From Takakia lepidozioides (lineage: Eukaryota; Plantae; Bryophyta): 64,000 nt of DNA. A model generated the notes under the pieces. It did not search any database. It worked only from the letters and a program-made list of their open reading frames with translations, and was not told the origin of the DNA. Made by a program: the position numbers and the translations under genes. Positions 25,933 through 38,964 of this stretch are shown in pieces. Each line of letters starts with the position of its first letter. The stretch's first letter is position 1. Location of the stretch: NCBI GenBank assembly GCA_030704615.1, contig CM060732.1:24242001-24306000 (forward strand), read 5' to 3'.

Positions 25933-26761
25933 TACTTTTTCTTTTTCCTTTTCTTTTTTAAAGACAAAGGGACAGAGGCCCTTTTAATCAAATTAAATCA
26001 GATAAATGTTCACAAAAAGTCAAAATTGTGGACAGAAGAGGAAAAAATAACTTTTTTTCATTTTTGAGAATGGTGGCCATGAGCAGAACTTTATTTGGGA
26101 TTATTAGAGGGAAAAAATTAAAACCCTCATGTACACCATAAGGTACACACTACACACGATGTAGTCAGTGAAAAAAACGATCATTGCTACTCCGAAAGAG
26201 TAAATTACAAACTACCAGGGAGAAAGGCCTTTGAAGTTAGGCCGAAATATATTAAATATGAGGAAAAAATAACCTCATATGACTGCCATGGAGGTTGAGA
26301 TAACGGACACTGCCCCCTAAGACCAGGACAATCATGAAGAAGAGCCTAGCATAAGTCTATGAGGAACACCCCTCTCGTACTCTTAGAGGGGTTCCAAACA
26401 TACCCTAAGCTTTAGATTTTCCATTCTTAAAGCTACGTTGATGCCTCCAGTTCACATCCGACTTTTCACCATCAACAAGAGAGTGAGCACTAATGGAGCT
26501 CCCAGCACATTGGGAGGTTGTTGATTCAGAGGTTCTGGCGCACAGTCAATCTCCTTTAGCCAGGTGATTTCAAAGCAAGCGAGAAACTGCAGACATTAAG
26601 TTTGAGTGAACCCTATACAAGATTACTCTAACACATGGCATCTATCCTTCATAAACAAAAGAGCATCTAGATTTTCAGATGTTCCATAAGGTGTGAACAT
26701 GCAAGATGCCCTCACCGGACATGAACTCCAGACCCCTTGGGTATGATAAGGAAGGACATAA

Positions 26762-27878
26762 CACTACATGAAAAGGGGAAGGGGGGGGGGGGGGGTTTTC
26801 GCCGCCACGGCAACGCCGCAGCCACGCTGCGGCGTCGTAAAACAGCCCTTTTCGGGCAAGGGGGAAGAACCAAATTTGCGACGCCCGGGCGCCAAAAAAA
26901 AAAAAAAAAAAAAAAACCTACTCTGCAAGACAGAATTAGCACCGTCCAGGGGTCGCAAAATGCGACACCAGGAGGTCGCAATTTAAGGGGGTACATTTGA
27001 ATTTGGGCGGGAAAATTTGAATTTGAAATTTGAATTTCAAAAACTTGTTGATCATTGACTCTGGCGTTGACCATTGACTCCGGTTCTGTCTAATGGCGAT
27101 ATGTTCATTGTTCTACATATATCATGCAATGCATACTTGAACCTAAGACCTCCACGTTATAACATTTCTAAGACACTACAGATTAACCAACACACCTACG
27201 CTACATCTATGTATCACAAAAGCAATCTAAATATATATATATATAAAGATTTCCTTCAAGTTCCTTCTAAGGAGATCCCTCTTGTGATGCCGAGGAGTTG
27301 TAACCTCCACAGCCTTAGTGCCCAGCCCCAGCCCTAGCGTCATCGCCATTGTTGCACCCCCCACCGCCAGGCGCCCCAAGCGATGGCCTTGTGATGACGT
27401 AAGCTGACTACAACACCATTGCGACCCCCTGTGGCGACGTCGTTGCGACCCCCTGGCGTCACAGCGTTGGGCGTCCCAGCGCGGGGCGCCCTCAGCGACG
27501 CTTTTGTGAAGTTAAGGCCGCAAAACCCATAAAAAATAAAAATAAACAAACTCCTATTGTGGTGATGTTGTTGCGATGCCAGGGCGTCGCAGAGGCGCTG
27601 GGACGCCCTCAATGACGCTTTTGCAACGCCGAGGCGTCGCAACGTTTTTTTTTTTTTTTTTTTCGGCGTCCCAAAAAAATAAATCCGTCGCAGCGAGGGC
27701 CATCTTTCCCCCTTCATGCCACCTTACGACGGCTAGGCGTCGCAATGGTGTCGCAGCAGGGGATTGCGACGCCCCAGCGTCGTAAAAAAATGTCGCGGAC
27801 TCGACGTTGCGGGCTCAACGCCGCGCGGGGCGTGGGGGCACGGCTGGCAACGCAAAACCCCTCCCATTTGTTGTAGTG
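26762..27878. mobile_element. Non-autonomous CACTA (En/Spm) element
   Basis: Termini CACTACATGAAAAGGGG ... CCCATTTGTTGTAGTG; 3-bp TSD TAA (26759-26761, 27879-27881); GC-rich GCGACGCC-type subterminal repeats in both orientations. Confidence 0.92.
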
Positions 27879-28199
27879 TAAGTTCAACAAAATGACATAA
27901 GGGTAAAAGAAGAAATCCGGTCTCTACAAAGCATAGAAAGAATGCATAAGTACTTGCCAGACGGAAGAATGAATCTGACAATGCAACAAACAGTTCCATT
28001 GAGTGATTGGGATATTCAATTTAAAGATTGTATATGTCCTAAACACTCTTCCATATTTGTTTGTCATTGAGACCTTTGCCTACACTAAACCCTAAGAATT
28101 TTTTTCGAATGTTTGAAAGTTTTTGTTTTTTTTTTTTTTACCCCCAAGCCTTGGGGTAGGATAGAGCAGTTTGAATATTTAATTGAAATTTTTATAGGT

Positions 28200-29170
28200 C
28201 CTTACACATGTTCTATATTTGCTCGGTGATCCAACTGAACATTATCATTGTTCTTTCTCAAGCACAAACCATAGTCCAGTGTGCCTCTTAGATAACGGAA
28301 AATCCGCTTTACTGCAACCCAATGGAATTGCCCAGGGTTAGCCACAATTTGGCTTACAACCCCCACTGCTTGTGTAATATCTGGCCTAGTACAGACCATT
28401 GCATACATGAGACTTCCCACAACACTGATAGGGAACATTTCTCATTGTTTCCAAGTCTGCAGCACTCTTAGGACTCATCTCCTTTGAGAGTTTGCAATTT
28501 GGGACAAACGGGGTATTTACCGGCATACTTTCAGCCATACCAAAGCGCCTTAAGATATATTCAAGATACTTACGCTGGTTCAGGTAAATCGTTCGGTCTT
28601 GTCGAACACGAGTTACCGATACCCCAAGCAGTACTGGATCTCTTTCAGATCCACCATTTCAAACTTCATTGAGATATCGTTCTTTGTCTTTTTCAACAGA
28701 GCCAAGTCATTAGAGACCAAAATCAGATCATCACGTACAGTGTTATGAGTTTCCATGAGCCCTCTTATAGTAAACACTATAATCAGCAAAGCTCCTCTCA
28801 AACTCTTCAGCCATGAAATATGCATCAATCTTAGCATTCCATGCCCAATGGGATTGCTTCAAACTATACAAAGACTTGAGGAGCTTACACATCATCCTCT
28901 CCTTCTCTTTTACAGCAAATCCCTTCGGCTGGTCCATGTATATTTTTTCCATAAGATCTCCATTGAGAAAGGCTGTACATACATCCATCTGATGTACCTC
29001 AAGATTTTCAACAGCAGAAAACGCTAGAATCACTCGAATTGACTCCATCCATGCAACAGGGGAGAATGTTTCATTGTAATCAATACTTTCAATTTGCAAA
29101 AACCCCTTTGCAACCAAGCGCGCTTTGTACCTTACTACAGAACCATCTGCATTGTACTTAAACTTGAAAA
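28200..29170 (-). mobile_element. Degenerate Ty1/copia reverse-transcriptase fragment
   Basis: YKARLVAKGF, DYNETFSPVA, HQMDVCTAFLNGDL, KSLYSLKQS, DDLIL, VGSLMYAMVCTRPDI; several frameshifts. Confidence 0.93.
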
Positions 29171-29202
29171 CTTCTGACCAAGTTTCTACTACCTAGAGTT
29201 AC

Positions 29203-29528
29203 TGTGATGACAAGTCAGGCTTCCATAATAGCAATGCTAACAAGTCACAGTTAACAATAGAGATAAGCCTCAGTTAGCTAAAAGATAGCTAAAGTTAGCT
29301 TCAGTTATTAGTGACTCAAGTCATTATACCAGAATAGCAGGTGGAGATATTTTAAGTAAAAGCATGGAGTTATGTTATAGTTATCTCAGCTATTTCTGGA
29401 TTAGACTTTGAGTATAAATAGGGAGAGCTCGGAGGGTGGACACACAGCTTGTTGTGGTCCTATGGTTGGGTGGAGAGTTCTCAGTAATCAGTTCATCTTT
29501 TATCTCTATTCTCTGTCGAATTCCAACA
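29203..29528 (+). mobile_element. Probable solo LTR (326 bp)
   Basis: TG...CA ends (TGTGA..CCAACA), internal TATAAATA, flanks GTTAC/GTAAC (5-bp TSD with one mismatch). Confidence 0.55.
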
Positions 29529-29556
29529 GTAACTAGTCTGGCGTAAAAACCATTCC

Positions 29557-29876
29557 TCATGTGTGATAAACGTTAACGTTCACTGTAGGATTAGTGAAGC
29601 CATAAATGTAGCCTCCCACTTGGCTATTCTGTTGACATTGTTTGATGATGGCATCTAAAAAGTTCCCAGCTTGTTGGCATGGGACACATTGCCCGCAATC
29701 ACCACATATGTCACGCAGCCGTTCGCATCGGCGGCACTAGGACTGGCTCCGCTGACCTGGCATATTGCGCCCGCGTTTACTCCTCCACTTGCAAGTAAGA
29801 GAATCGTGATGAATGCAAAGAGCAGTTGCAGCCTTGAGAGCATGCTACGCACGGATGCCATGCTGAAGGAGGACAT
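29557..29876 (-). pseudogene. Small secreted cysteine-rich protein gene (fungal effector/KP4-Ecp2-like appearance), frameshifted near 29709
   Basis: Frame 1: signal peptide ..LLFAFITILLLASGGVNA-GAICQVSGASPSAADANGCVT. The adjacent frame continues ICGDCGQCVPCQQAGNFLDAIIKQCQQNSQVGGYIYGFTNPTVNVNVYHT* (stop 29557-29559). Family assignment is from motif memory only. Confidence 0.65.
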
Positions 29877-30514
29877 TGGATGCGGCAGGTAGAGTTGCTG
29901 GGGTATGGCAAGAACTGGGTCGAAAACTGCACAACGCATTTGATTTTGTGTCAATGATACATGTCAAAAACCAAGTGATTAAAGACAAAGCAGAGATAGA
30001 ATTGGCCACATGGCCACATTGAGCAATGTCGAGTGAAGTATACACTATCAAAGAGAAACTCAGAATCGCATTTACGTCGGCATTAAAGGTCTTTCAATTC
30101 CTGTTGGTGCATGTTGTGACACTTTTCAATTGCAAGTTAGAACTCAAAGATAGATAGATTGAAGTGTCCTAGGGCTACATTCAGCGGCCAGTTGACTAAG
30201 CTATGGCGTTTCAGATAACTCGATCACCCTGCACACCCTGCACAGATCAAGACGTCATGAGCTCAACAACAACAACAAAGCTTGAATCCTTGACGTTTGA
30301 TCTGTACATGTTTTCAGGTTGATGAATCCTCTACTAACAGTCATGGTTTCAATTTGGAAGCTGTAATAAGGCTCATATTGAGGCGGTTGTTAGCTCACCG
30401 TCGGTTGGAGGACCTCTAGATGGAAGTGCGTGTCATGGTTTTAGTCATGGTCAACTAGAATTACCTACTTCTAGTTAACTAGGACATTTTGGATAATTAT
30501 ATTTGTATTTAGTG

Positions 30515-33049
30515 TGTTGGAACTTCATTTGGTCTCACATGCCAAGTGAGGTGTCAAACCTCACTTGGGACATGGGGATGGGTTTTCCCCTTGTGAGTGT
30601 TGAGGAGGGTTCATCTTCTTGTAGTCGAGCCTCCCGAGGCCACACTCGTCACCATAGCTCTAGTACTTGAGATGGAGAGTGGGTGAGGTTTGTATGGTGG
30701 AGTCATTTAGCAAAGGTGTCATTGGCATGACTTATATAACGCGATAGAGTGGTTTCTCCTCTTTCACCATTTCCGTATCACTAGAAGAAGACCTGCTTAC
30801 ATCTGTGAGTGCAAGGTGTTAGCATAGTTAACACTTGTGTGGAGGAGAGCTTGGTAGATAGCTCTTAAGTTACAAGGTGTTGCAGGGTTTGCAAGAGGAA
30901 AACCTTGTGGTGTTTATGTATAAGAGGAGGTCTTCAACGAGAGCAACTAAAGGATTGTTAGTGCTCATTTCACTATCAATCTAGGGTTAAGCAAGCTCAA
31001 TTGTGGATGTTGTGGAAGAGAAGCCAAGGAGCTACATAGGCTTGGGCTTGAAGACAACAAGGGCAAGCACTTGGAGAGCATTAGGAATCTCAAGAGGTTT
31101 GAAGGGAAGCATATGGGTGAAAATTCTATCCATGATGATGTGAAACCAAGCCTAGAGCATTGAAGATCTTGGAGCACACGTGGGAGATCATTGGAGGTGG
31201 TCTTCATGAAGAAAAGAGATTGTGGCTCAAGGCATGCATAACAACTTCAATCATACATTAGCATGTGACAAGACAAGGTAAGGGAAGGTGAAGCTCATGT
31301 ATTCATTCTCTTTTGGCTTAAGTTTTGTGGTGGATGGTTGATCAAGCAAGTGATGCTTATGTGGAGCATGCTTCCCAAGTGTGGCTTCCAATTTCAAGCT
31401 TGAGGAGAGCTAGAAGATAAAGGGAGCAAGTTGATTCCCTTGTGTATGAGGTGATGCATGTGTGGAGCATGCTTTTGGCTTGAGCTTTGCAATTTCAAGC
31501 TTGAGAAGAGTGGCTCTTGAGCTAGTAAGTGAATGGAGCTTGAATGACCAAGGCTGGAAATGAGACAAGGCTTGGTGGCTTGCCAAATGAGGTACAAGCT
31601 TGATTTTGAGTTCTAATGAGAAATTGAGCTTGTTGTGTGGCCAATGCATTGCTAGTTGAGTTGGAGACAAGCTTGAGTAGCTTAAGGTGAAGAAGATCAA
31701 GGGAATTTGCCTTGGTATCCCATAGAATTCATGGATGCTTGAGAGGATTAAACATAGAGCCCCAAAGAGCACAAACCCTAGCTTGGTAAGGCTAAACCTC
31801 AAGGAAATAGAGGGGGAAGTGGCTAAAGCCTAGGGGGGAAAATGAACTATTCTAATGAAGGAAAAATGACTATTGCCAGGGAGAAATGGCTATTCCAAGG
31901 GGGAAATGGCTATTCCTAAGGAGAATACAAAGGGAATACAAGGGGAATACATAGGCCCAAGGGAATACTGGGGGAATATTATGGTATATTCTTAGGAATA
32001 TTCTTAGGGAACTTGGGAACACATTCGGAACGCATTGGGAACATGGTGACATATGAAGAGTCCTTGGAGGACTGTTTGGAGGACTGTTTGGGGTCCTTGG
32101 AGGACCATTTGGAGGACCATTGGGAGTCCTTGGAGGACTATTTGGAGGACCATTGGGAATCCTTGGAGGACTATTTGGAAGACCATTGGGAGTCCTTAGA
32201 GGACTGTTTGTGGTCCTTGGAGGACTGTTTGGAGGACCATTTGGAGTTCTTTGGAGGACTGTTTGGGGTCCTTGGAGGCCAATATTTGGCGAGCTTGAGA
32301 AGTCTTTGGCGACTTGTGTGAGGGACTATTTGGGGTCCTCGAGGGCTAAGTTTTGGCAGGCTCTTGGGGCCTTGGTGTACTGTTTTGGAGTCCCATTGTG
32401 TAAGGATTGGGAGCCTTAGTAAGATTGTTTGAGAGACATATTCTTGAGGGCCCCTGGAGAGTTATTTGAGAGACCCTTGAAAGGTAGTCTTGTCTATTGT
32501 TCAAGCAAAAGAGTGTGGAGATAGGGTAGTGGGATGAGGGCATGCTGGGATTAGGAATTGTTGTAGTCTCTCTTCCTTGTAGTCTTTCACCCTCTCTGTA
32601 GGCCAAAACCTTTCCGTAGGTGGAGGCAAGAGTCAGTCCGGGTTTGGGCTGGGGTGTCATTGCAGGAGCAATACTGTGGAGTGTTTTTGGTGTGGGGGAG
32701 TTGCTGTCTTGATTTTCTTGTATTTGGATCCCATCCATACCTGCATGCTTGACTGTGCGCTATGTTAGCTTTGTGTGGGCGCTTGTTTTCATAGGAGGTT
32801 GGTCCGGATTTGATCACTGGTCAATCCTAGAGCGTGCTGTCGGTGGTGAGGCTGGGGTGATGACCAATCAGGCCATCATTGTTTCTCTTATGGTGAGGCT
32901 GGGTTGATGACCTGCAAACCATATGAGTGCTTGCGGTGGATGTAGGTGCAGGTTTATGTTACGAACCTAGTAGTCTAAGTCATAAGCCACAACAGGTTCT
33001 CTACCCGGTTTACCTTGTGGAAAGGGGGATTAGAGACAAGTTTACAACA
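30515..33049 (+). mobile_element. Putative long LTR / 5' non-coding region of retroelement C
   Basis: TGTTG...CAACA ends, internal tandem arrays, directly upstream of a gag-like ORF; 30775-30840 resembles 62320-62390. No clear PBS. Confidence 0.45.
32060..32340 (+). repeat. Tandem array of ~12-bp units (TTGGAGGACTGT / TTGGAGGACCAT / TGGGAGTCC)
   Basis: Directly visible; generates the spurious LEDHWES / GGLFGG ORFs. Confidence 0.9.
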
Positions 33050-33077
33050 GGTGTGGTTGTGAGTTTTCATCACGGAG

Positions 33078-33739
33078 ATGCCACTAGTTGCTGAGGAGAG
33101 TGCCGGTACGAGCACTAGCGATACTAGTGGGTATACAAGACGAGGTGTGCGGTTTAGGCCACCTTCAGTGTCTTCTGAGGAAGGTTCAGACTCAGAATTA
33201 GGAGGATTCTCGCCGAGGGTGCAAGCCATTTCCGTGCCATTGTTGTGGGATACGATGGAGGAAATGTATGGAGCTACCAAGGGGCCACGTCGGTACTCTG
33301 GAGCTGTGGGCACCATCGAGCTTGATGATTTCATACAGGAGTTTGATAGTTGGTGTGATTTGCAGCAGATGCGCAATCCACAATTGTTTACGCCTTTTAT
33401 GGCATGGAAGGGGTTGTTTCAGCACCTTGATGGGCCGTCTATGGATGACTACCATGAGTTTAGGCAGGGACATGAGGTGGAGATTGAGGAATGACGGGTG
33501 TATTGGTCACCTGACTATGTCTCCATCACTAGAGACACAAGGGCAGTGGTGACACCGACAGCTACACTGGCAGCTTCTGCAAGTAGCAGTAGGATGTCAA
33601 GTGGAACAAGAGCTGGGAAGTCCACCCAAGCTCCTGCTGCAGCACCAACACCCGTACCTGCCTTTAACCCAGTTGTGGAGTTCTTCGAGGAGTTAAGGAG
33701 AAACTACCAGGGGATAAGGACGGAGAAACTACGGAGCTT
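33078..33739 (+). mobile_element. gag-like ORF of retroelement C, cut by CACTA insertion
   Basis: RRYSGAVGTIELDDFIQEFDSWC...FFEELRRNYQG; one in-frame stop (33492-33494); ends exactly at CACTAC (33740). Confidence 0.6.
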
Positions 33740-36700
33740 CACTACAACACATGCGCGTTTTTATGACTTCACATATGACTATTTTTTCAGTCTTATATGC
33801 GTTCATGACTACATCACTCTGTAGTGAAAAAAACCTTGTCATAGCGACTAGTCTTTACGACTGCGTTTTGCAAGTCATATCCGTGACTGCTTGCATGGCA
33901 CCTGGAGTCCTGCTGCAGAGAGGGTTGCAGTCACAACTATATGACTAATATATGACTACATTGTCTGTTGAGCGCTGCCTACATGGAGAGGCTTCAGCGG
34001 GACACGTGCGCCACTGCGCAAGCGATACGTCATGCATTCGTCAGGGGATCATATGACTATATGTCTGCAAAGTGATGCCTACATGGAGAGGCGACGGATG
34101 GACACGTGCGCCACTGCGAATTTGACATGTCACGACTTCTTGCCATGATCATATGACTACATGTCTGCACAGTGATGCCTACATGGAGAGGCGCTAGCGA
34201 GACACGTGTGCTATGGCAGATTTCACACGTGGTGACTACATGACTCGCTCATATGACTACAGGGATGTCTACATGGAGAGTTGTTAGCGGGACACCTGTT
34301 GCACTTGAGATGTGACATGTGGCACACAGACAAAATATATGACTAGTATATATGACTACGGATCTTTACACGTGGTGAAAATATGGATAAAGAATGTCGT
34401 GTCATATACTGCCACGTGTTCTGGTTTGAACAAGAGTAATGTCACGTGTCATCAAGATTGTTTTCCGAAATAGTTTATATTTTTAATGTTCATATTTTAT
34501 TTTTTAGTTTTCATTTAATATTTAAAAAAACAGGGAGATTGCAGCCTTGGGTTTTTTTTTAATGGTATTATTTTTAATATTATTATTTAAAATGAAAGTG
34601 AATTAAATGATTTAAAATCTTCATTACATGGTGAAATTCCAACATGAAAACAGAATGGATCCCTCCTGCATACTATCAACCACAAGGAGAATGAAAATAG
34701 TCAACTACAGGGCAATACAAGCCCTATAAATCACATTACAAAAATCCAAATGAGACCAATGTCCCAATGGACACCTCCAAAGCCACAAGGTCAAAAAATC
34801 CATGCCTCAAAAGGCCCAGCCAAAAACAAGCAAGCCCACACATGGGCTGAATTGTTGTAGCTAGTATGTTCTAGTGCTATTAGAATCAAGAACTCTGTTA
34901 AACAGTGCAATAGTGACTATCCCTTCCGCAGCTCCATAAGTTTCAGTAACTTTAGACTCCAAAGTGTTGTCTGGCCAACCACCTGCCCTAACTCGGTCTG
35001 TTTCCTAACACCATTCACATATGGTAGAGGGGTGTTACTGACACATGCCTCTTTGATGTACACACAGGCATAATCAAGGGGCACAGCAGGGTACCCGTAA
35101 CCCACCACAGCACCTTGAAGAGCAACAATCAGCCCTACTCCACATTTCTTGCGTTTGGAGTTCACATCCAACAGCCGAACCTCGTCACCCACCCTGAACT
35201 GTGATCCCAACTCCACACAAAAAAGAACACGATGTGAAAACCCATGACATACACACGACTAGGACACTCAACATTTGCGAATTAAAGAGAGCCCCAAAGT
35301 TGGAAAAATAAAACAAACAAGACAACGGCCTGGACTTACTCCATTTGCAGTCTCCAGTGGTGGTGAGACCTCTTTTGGGGGGCTACTCGCCAGGTCGACA
35401 CTCTTGCCCCTTGTCTGTACCGGCTTGTCGACAATATCACCTTTGTTTGTCACAAGTTCCTGTGTCACAGACCAGAGAACAACCAGGAAAGCAATGAGCA
35501 AACAGGAATAGTGAATAGAAACAAAATCCAAGTATGAATCAAACAAAAAAAGCCAACATGAAAAGCTGCAAAGAAAACCTAGCATTAATCAAGCAACCGA
35601 GGAGAAGCATCCAGGAAAACAATGCAATGAATGAACCCACAAAATTGTAGCCTCTGGAGCACTGTCAGAATGTTTGTACCTTCACAGTAGCAGTGTTGTA
35701 TGGTTGTTGTCCGAAAACAGGCTGAGACTCCAAAAACTTGGGAATACTGGCAGCTTTCGATGCCTTCCACAAGAAAGGCCACAACGCCTCTGTTAGATAC
35801 TCATCAATTGGTGAATCTGGTTGCACCTTCCATGGCTCTGGAAAAATCCCACTGAAGGGAGGATTGTTTGCCGCCTTTCTTGGTGTGTTGTCAACAAGAA
35901 CAGTGTCCTCATAAGTCCATTCTGGCCAGTCTGCCCACACTGTAGACAAGTTCTTGAAATATAATGGCTTTGAATCAGACCCCTTACGGCATGGGAGGAC
36001 TGGATCCTCGTCACAGTGAAGGGCATCCCACTGGAAAACCAGGTTAGTGTGGGCTGCAAAAATATAGTCCACCATTGGGAAGAAGTTGAGAGCTTGGCAA
36101 CAAGACCACACCGCCACCTCAAAGTGTTCAAAACACTTTTGCAAAAAGTCATAACAACGTGGTCTCAAAACTACCATCTTCTTGCCACATCTTCCCCACA
36201 AAACCTTTGGGAAGGGATGCAGGCCCATTAGCAGAATGAAAAGATTCACATAACAGACCATTTAAGTCCAAAATTAGTAAATGCTTCCTCGTTGGTCCAG
36301 GAAGTAAACGACATTTGGCTTCAACATGTGAGCAGGAGAAATTAAAGCAACCTGTTTGTTTGTTTTGTCCCCGTCTGCATCTTCCAGCCAATTTAAACTC
36401 CCACATACCTGCATACCAGAATCCGGTGTGCCCGGCGGCTCTGTCACCATTGCCCCCTGGACTGCTACTGCCTTTGTACGTGGCAAGGGCTGAATTTCCA
36501 CGTGTACCTCACAGCTGGCCTTCCCTGTATCCTGCTGCTGCTCGGTCAAATTCAAAAGATCATCAGTGACAGGAAGACATAAGGGCTTAGAGTGAGCACC
36601 AGTTACCGTCTGAAATTGGGATTCCAAACATTTTGATACTGTCACAGCAGACGTATCCATCGTAGATGTCACTGGTCCTGCGTCTGGTAGATTAATCCCC

Positions 36701-37156
36701 AATCTGGTCACAATGGCTTTCTGGTACTCAATCATACTCTGCATCTGTAATTTTAATTCTGCCATGTCACGTCCTTGTGATTCCACCAGTTTGTCCAAGC
36801 CATCCATCCTGCCAACTACTGTAGAATATGCGAGACTTCCCTCCTGCCAATCCATGAAAACTTGCCCAAGTATGAATCAAACCAAAAAAACCTAGCATGA
36901 ACAACCATTGGAAAGAAAACCCAGGCCAAAAGCCGTGAAAAAAACCCTAGCAACCTATGATGCAGCAACCACTCTAGCAAACGTGGAAAACACACTTACC
37001 CGCCTGTCACTCCCAGCTGACAACCGTGACACTGAACCCTCTTGAATTTCATATAATGTAGGAGGGCACCCTGATAGTGTTTCCTACAAATTAATCCATG
37101 CCACAAACAAACCCATGCCACAAGTCAGTAAGCAATGTGAGGGCTGACTATATACA

Positions 37157-38187
37157 TGTTAGAGGACTGTCGGGGACTTAGACACTTATACGGGATCTGT
37201 AGGGTACCCTTAATTTTTTGCACAGACTGAGACCAACAGGAGCCTTAGGGGTGACAGCAGCGCACTGTAGAGGGGGGTTACACAGCCCGTCACAGTCGTC
37301 ACAGTCGTCACAGTCGTCACAGCCGACACAGCCAACACAGCCCGTCACAGTCGTCACAGCCAACACAGCTCGTCACAGTCGTCACAGCAGACACAGCCGA
37401 CACAGCCCGTCACAGTCGTCACAGCAGACACAATCGTCACAGCCGACACAGCCCGGCACAGCCACACAGCCAGTCACAGCCCGACACAGCCAAACACAGT
37501 CGCACAGCCAGTCACAGCCCGTCACAGTTTCACACAGCCAGTCACCGCTTGACACAGCTGTCACGATCATAGGGAACGAAGAGTAGGACAGGGAACGACT
37601 GTGGGGAACAACACCTGCGAAGGGAACATGTTAGTTCACAGACGACGGTTAGTGAGGGAAACGGTCAGAACCACGGATAGGAAGATCAAGGGAGAAACGG
37701 GGAATTGAGGGATATCATTCGGAGGAGGACTTCTTGGTCATGGAGGAGAGAGGATCGGGCAGAGATGAAGAACGGAAGTGAAGATAGAGAGATGATGAGT
37801 AGATGCTTGATATATGCAAGGCTGTAATGATATTGTAGAGCAGATTAGAGACACAATGGCTTCGGCCTGATACCTGATAAATCATAATCGGATGCTTTTA
37901 CGATACAATCACACTGTGTAGAGAGATCTGAGTGAAGCTGTGAAATGAATGGATGAGTTGATGGAATCCAATAGATTGATAAAGCAAACTGATACTTAAT
38001 TATCAATGGTAAGATAGCTAACATGAATACCAAAAGGGAAACAAATAGGAAACACCCCATGATACACTAGCTGTAGGTCATGACTGATTGTTCTGCGCGG
38101 GCTGAGTACTTAGAGATTTCCAACTCTTCTATCTTGGAGTTTCCGCCTCGAATAGCGAAGGGATGGGTGAGTAAAAGCCGCGCGACA
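37157..38187 (+). repeat. Left LTR of gypsy A, containing a CACAG(T/C)CGT-type tandem array (~37280-37560)
   Basis: TGTTAG...GCGACA, followed by TT and the PBS. Confidence 0.88.
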
Positions 38188-38189
38188 TT

Positions 38190-38207
38190 TGGCGACCATA
38201 CTGGGGA
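38190..38207 (+). other. Primer-binding site of gypsy A (tRNA-Arg-like)
   Basis: TGGCGACCATACTGGGGA two bases after the LTR-terminal CA; resembles the TGGCGACTCCACTGGGGA-type PBS of Tat/Ogre elements. Confidence 0.7.
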
Positions 38208-38964
38208 CCTGAGACATGAACAACCAGATGTGACAGGCATCTGGTGGGATCATGGTGGTTGGACCATTAAAGAATTTGAAGTGAATCAAATTCCCTGTGG
38301 AACGAAGGAAGAAAGATTGTCCAAACAATTCTTTCAAAGGTTTTTGGAATTGCCAACGGTTGTAAAGAAAATATTCTTAAGCGAGTGCATGATGCTGATC
38401 CAGAATGGGGTCTGGAGAAAGGAGTGATAAAGATTTATCAGGTAGCCTGTAGAGGAAGAGCACGTTGGTTACCAACATTGGTTTATGTGATAGCATTGCT
38501 ATCCATTAAACGAGTAGAGTTTGAAGGCTGGGAAGAAAGAAAGGTGAATGTTTATACTCATATGCATGAAGAGCTTGTACTGGTAAAGAATTGGATTCCA
38601 AATGATATTTTGTGGATCAAACTCACACCAAGAACAGCTTTTCAGACTTGTTTGCCATATGGTTATATGGTAACGGAGACTTCAAGTATAGCCAAGGGTG
38701 CATTGAAGCTTGAAAGAACCCAGGCATATACGAGAGATATTACAGAAGAGAGTTTTGGTTATTGCCACATTAAAAGAAATGAAAGACATGGGACATGAGT
38801 GATGAAAGAGAAGCTAGACGACAGAGATATTCAGCAAAAGAGAAAGCTGTCTGAAAGCTAATTATCCATATCTTTGGGAGAGAGGAATAGACATAGGGGA
38901 ATCATCTGGACCTCTCACACCATTAAGATCAAAGAGTACATCACCTATACCGGAAGAACTAGAG

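Noticed and set aside
32013-32419. LEDHWES / GGLFGG repeat proteins; CRISPR-like array
   Set aside because: These are translations of a short tandem array with no unique spacers, in eukaryotic TE context.
37178-37586. Cys-rich (CDDCDD, metallothionein-like) and Ser/Gln-rich ORFs, also at 50212-50567
   Set aside because: They are readings of the 9-bp LTR tandem array.
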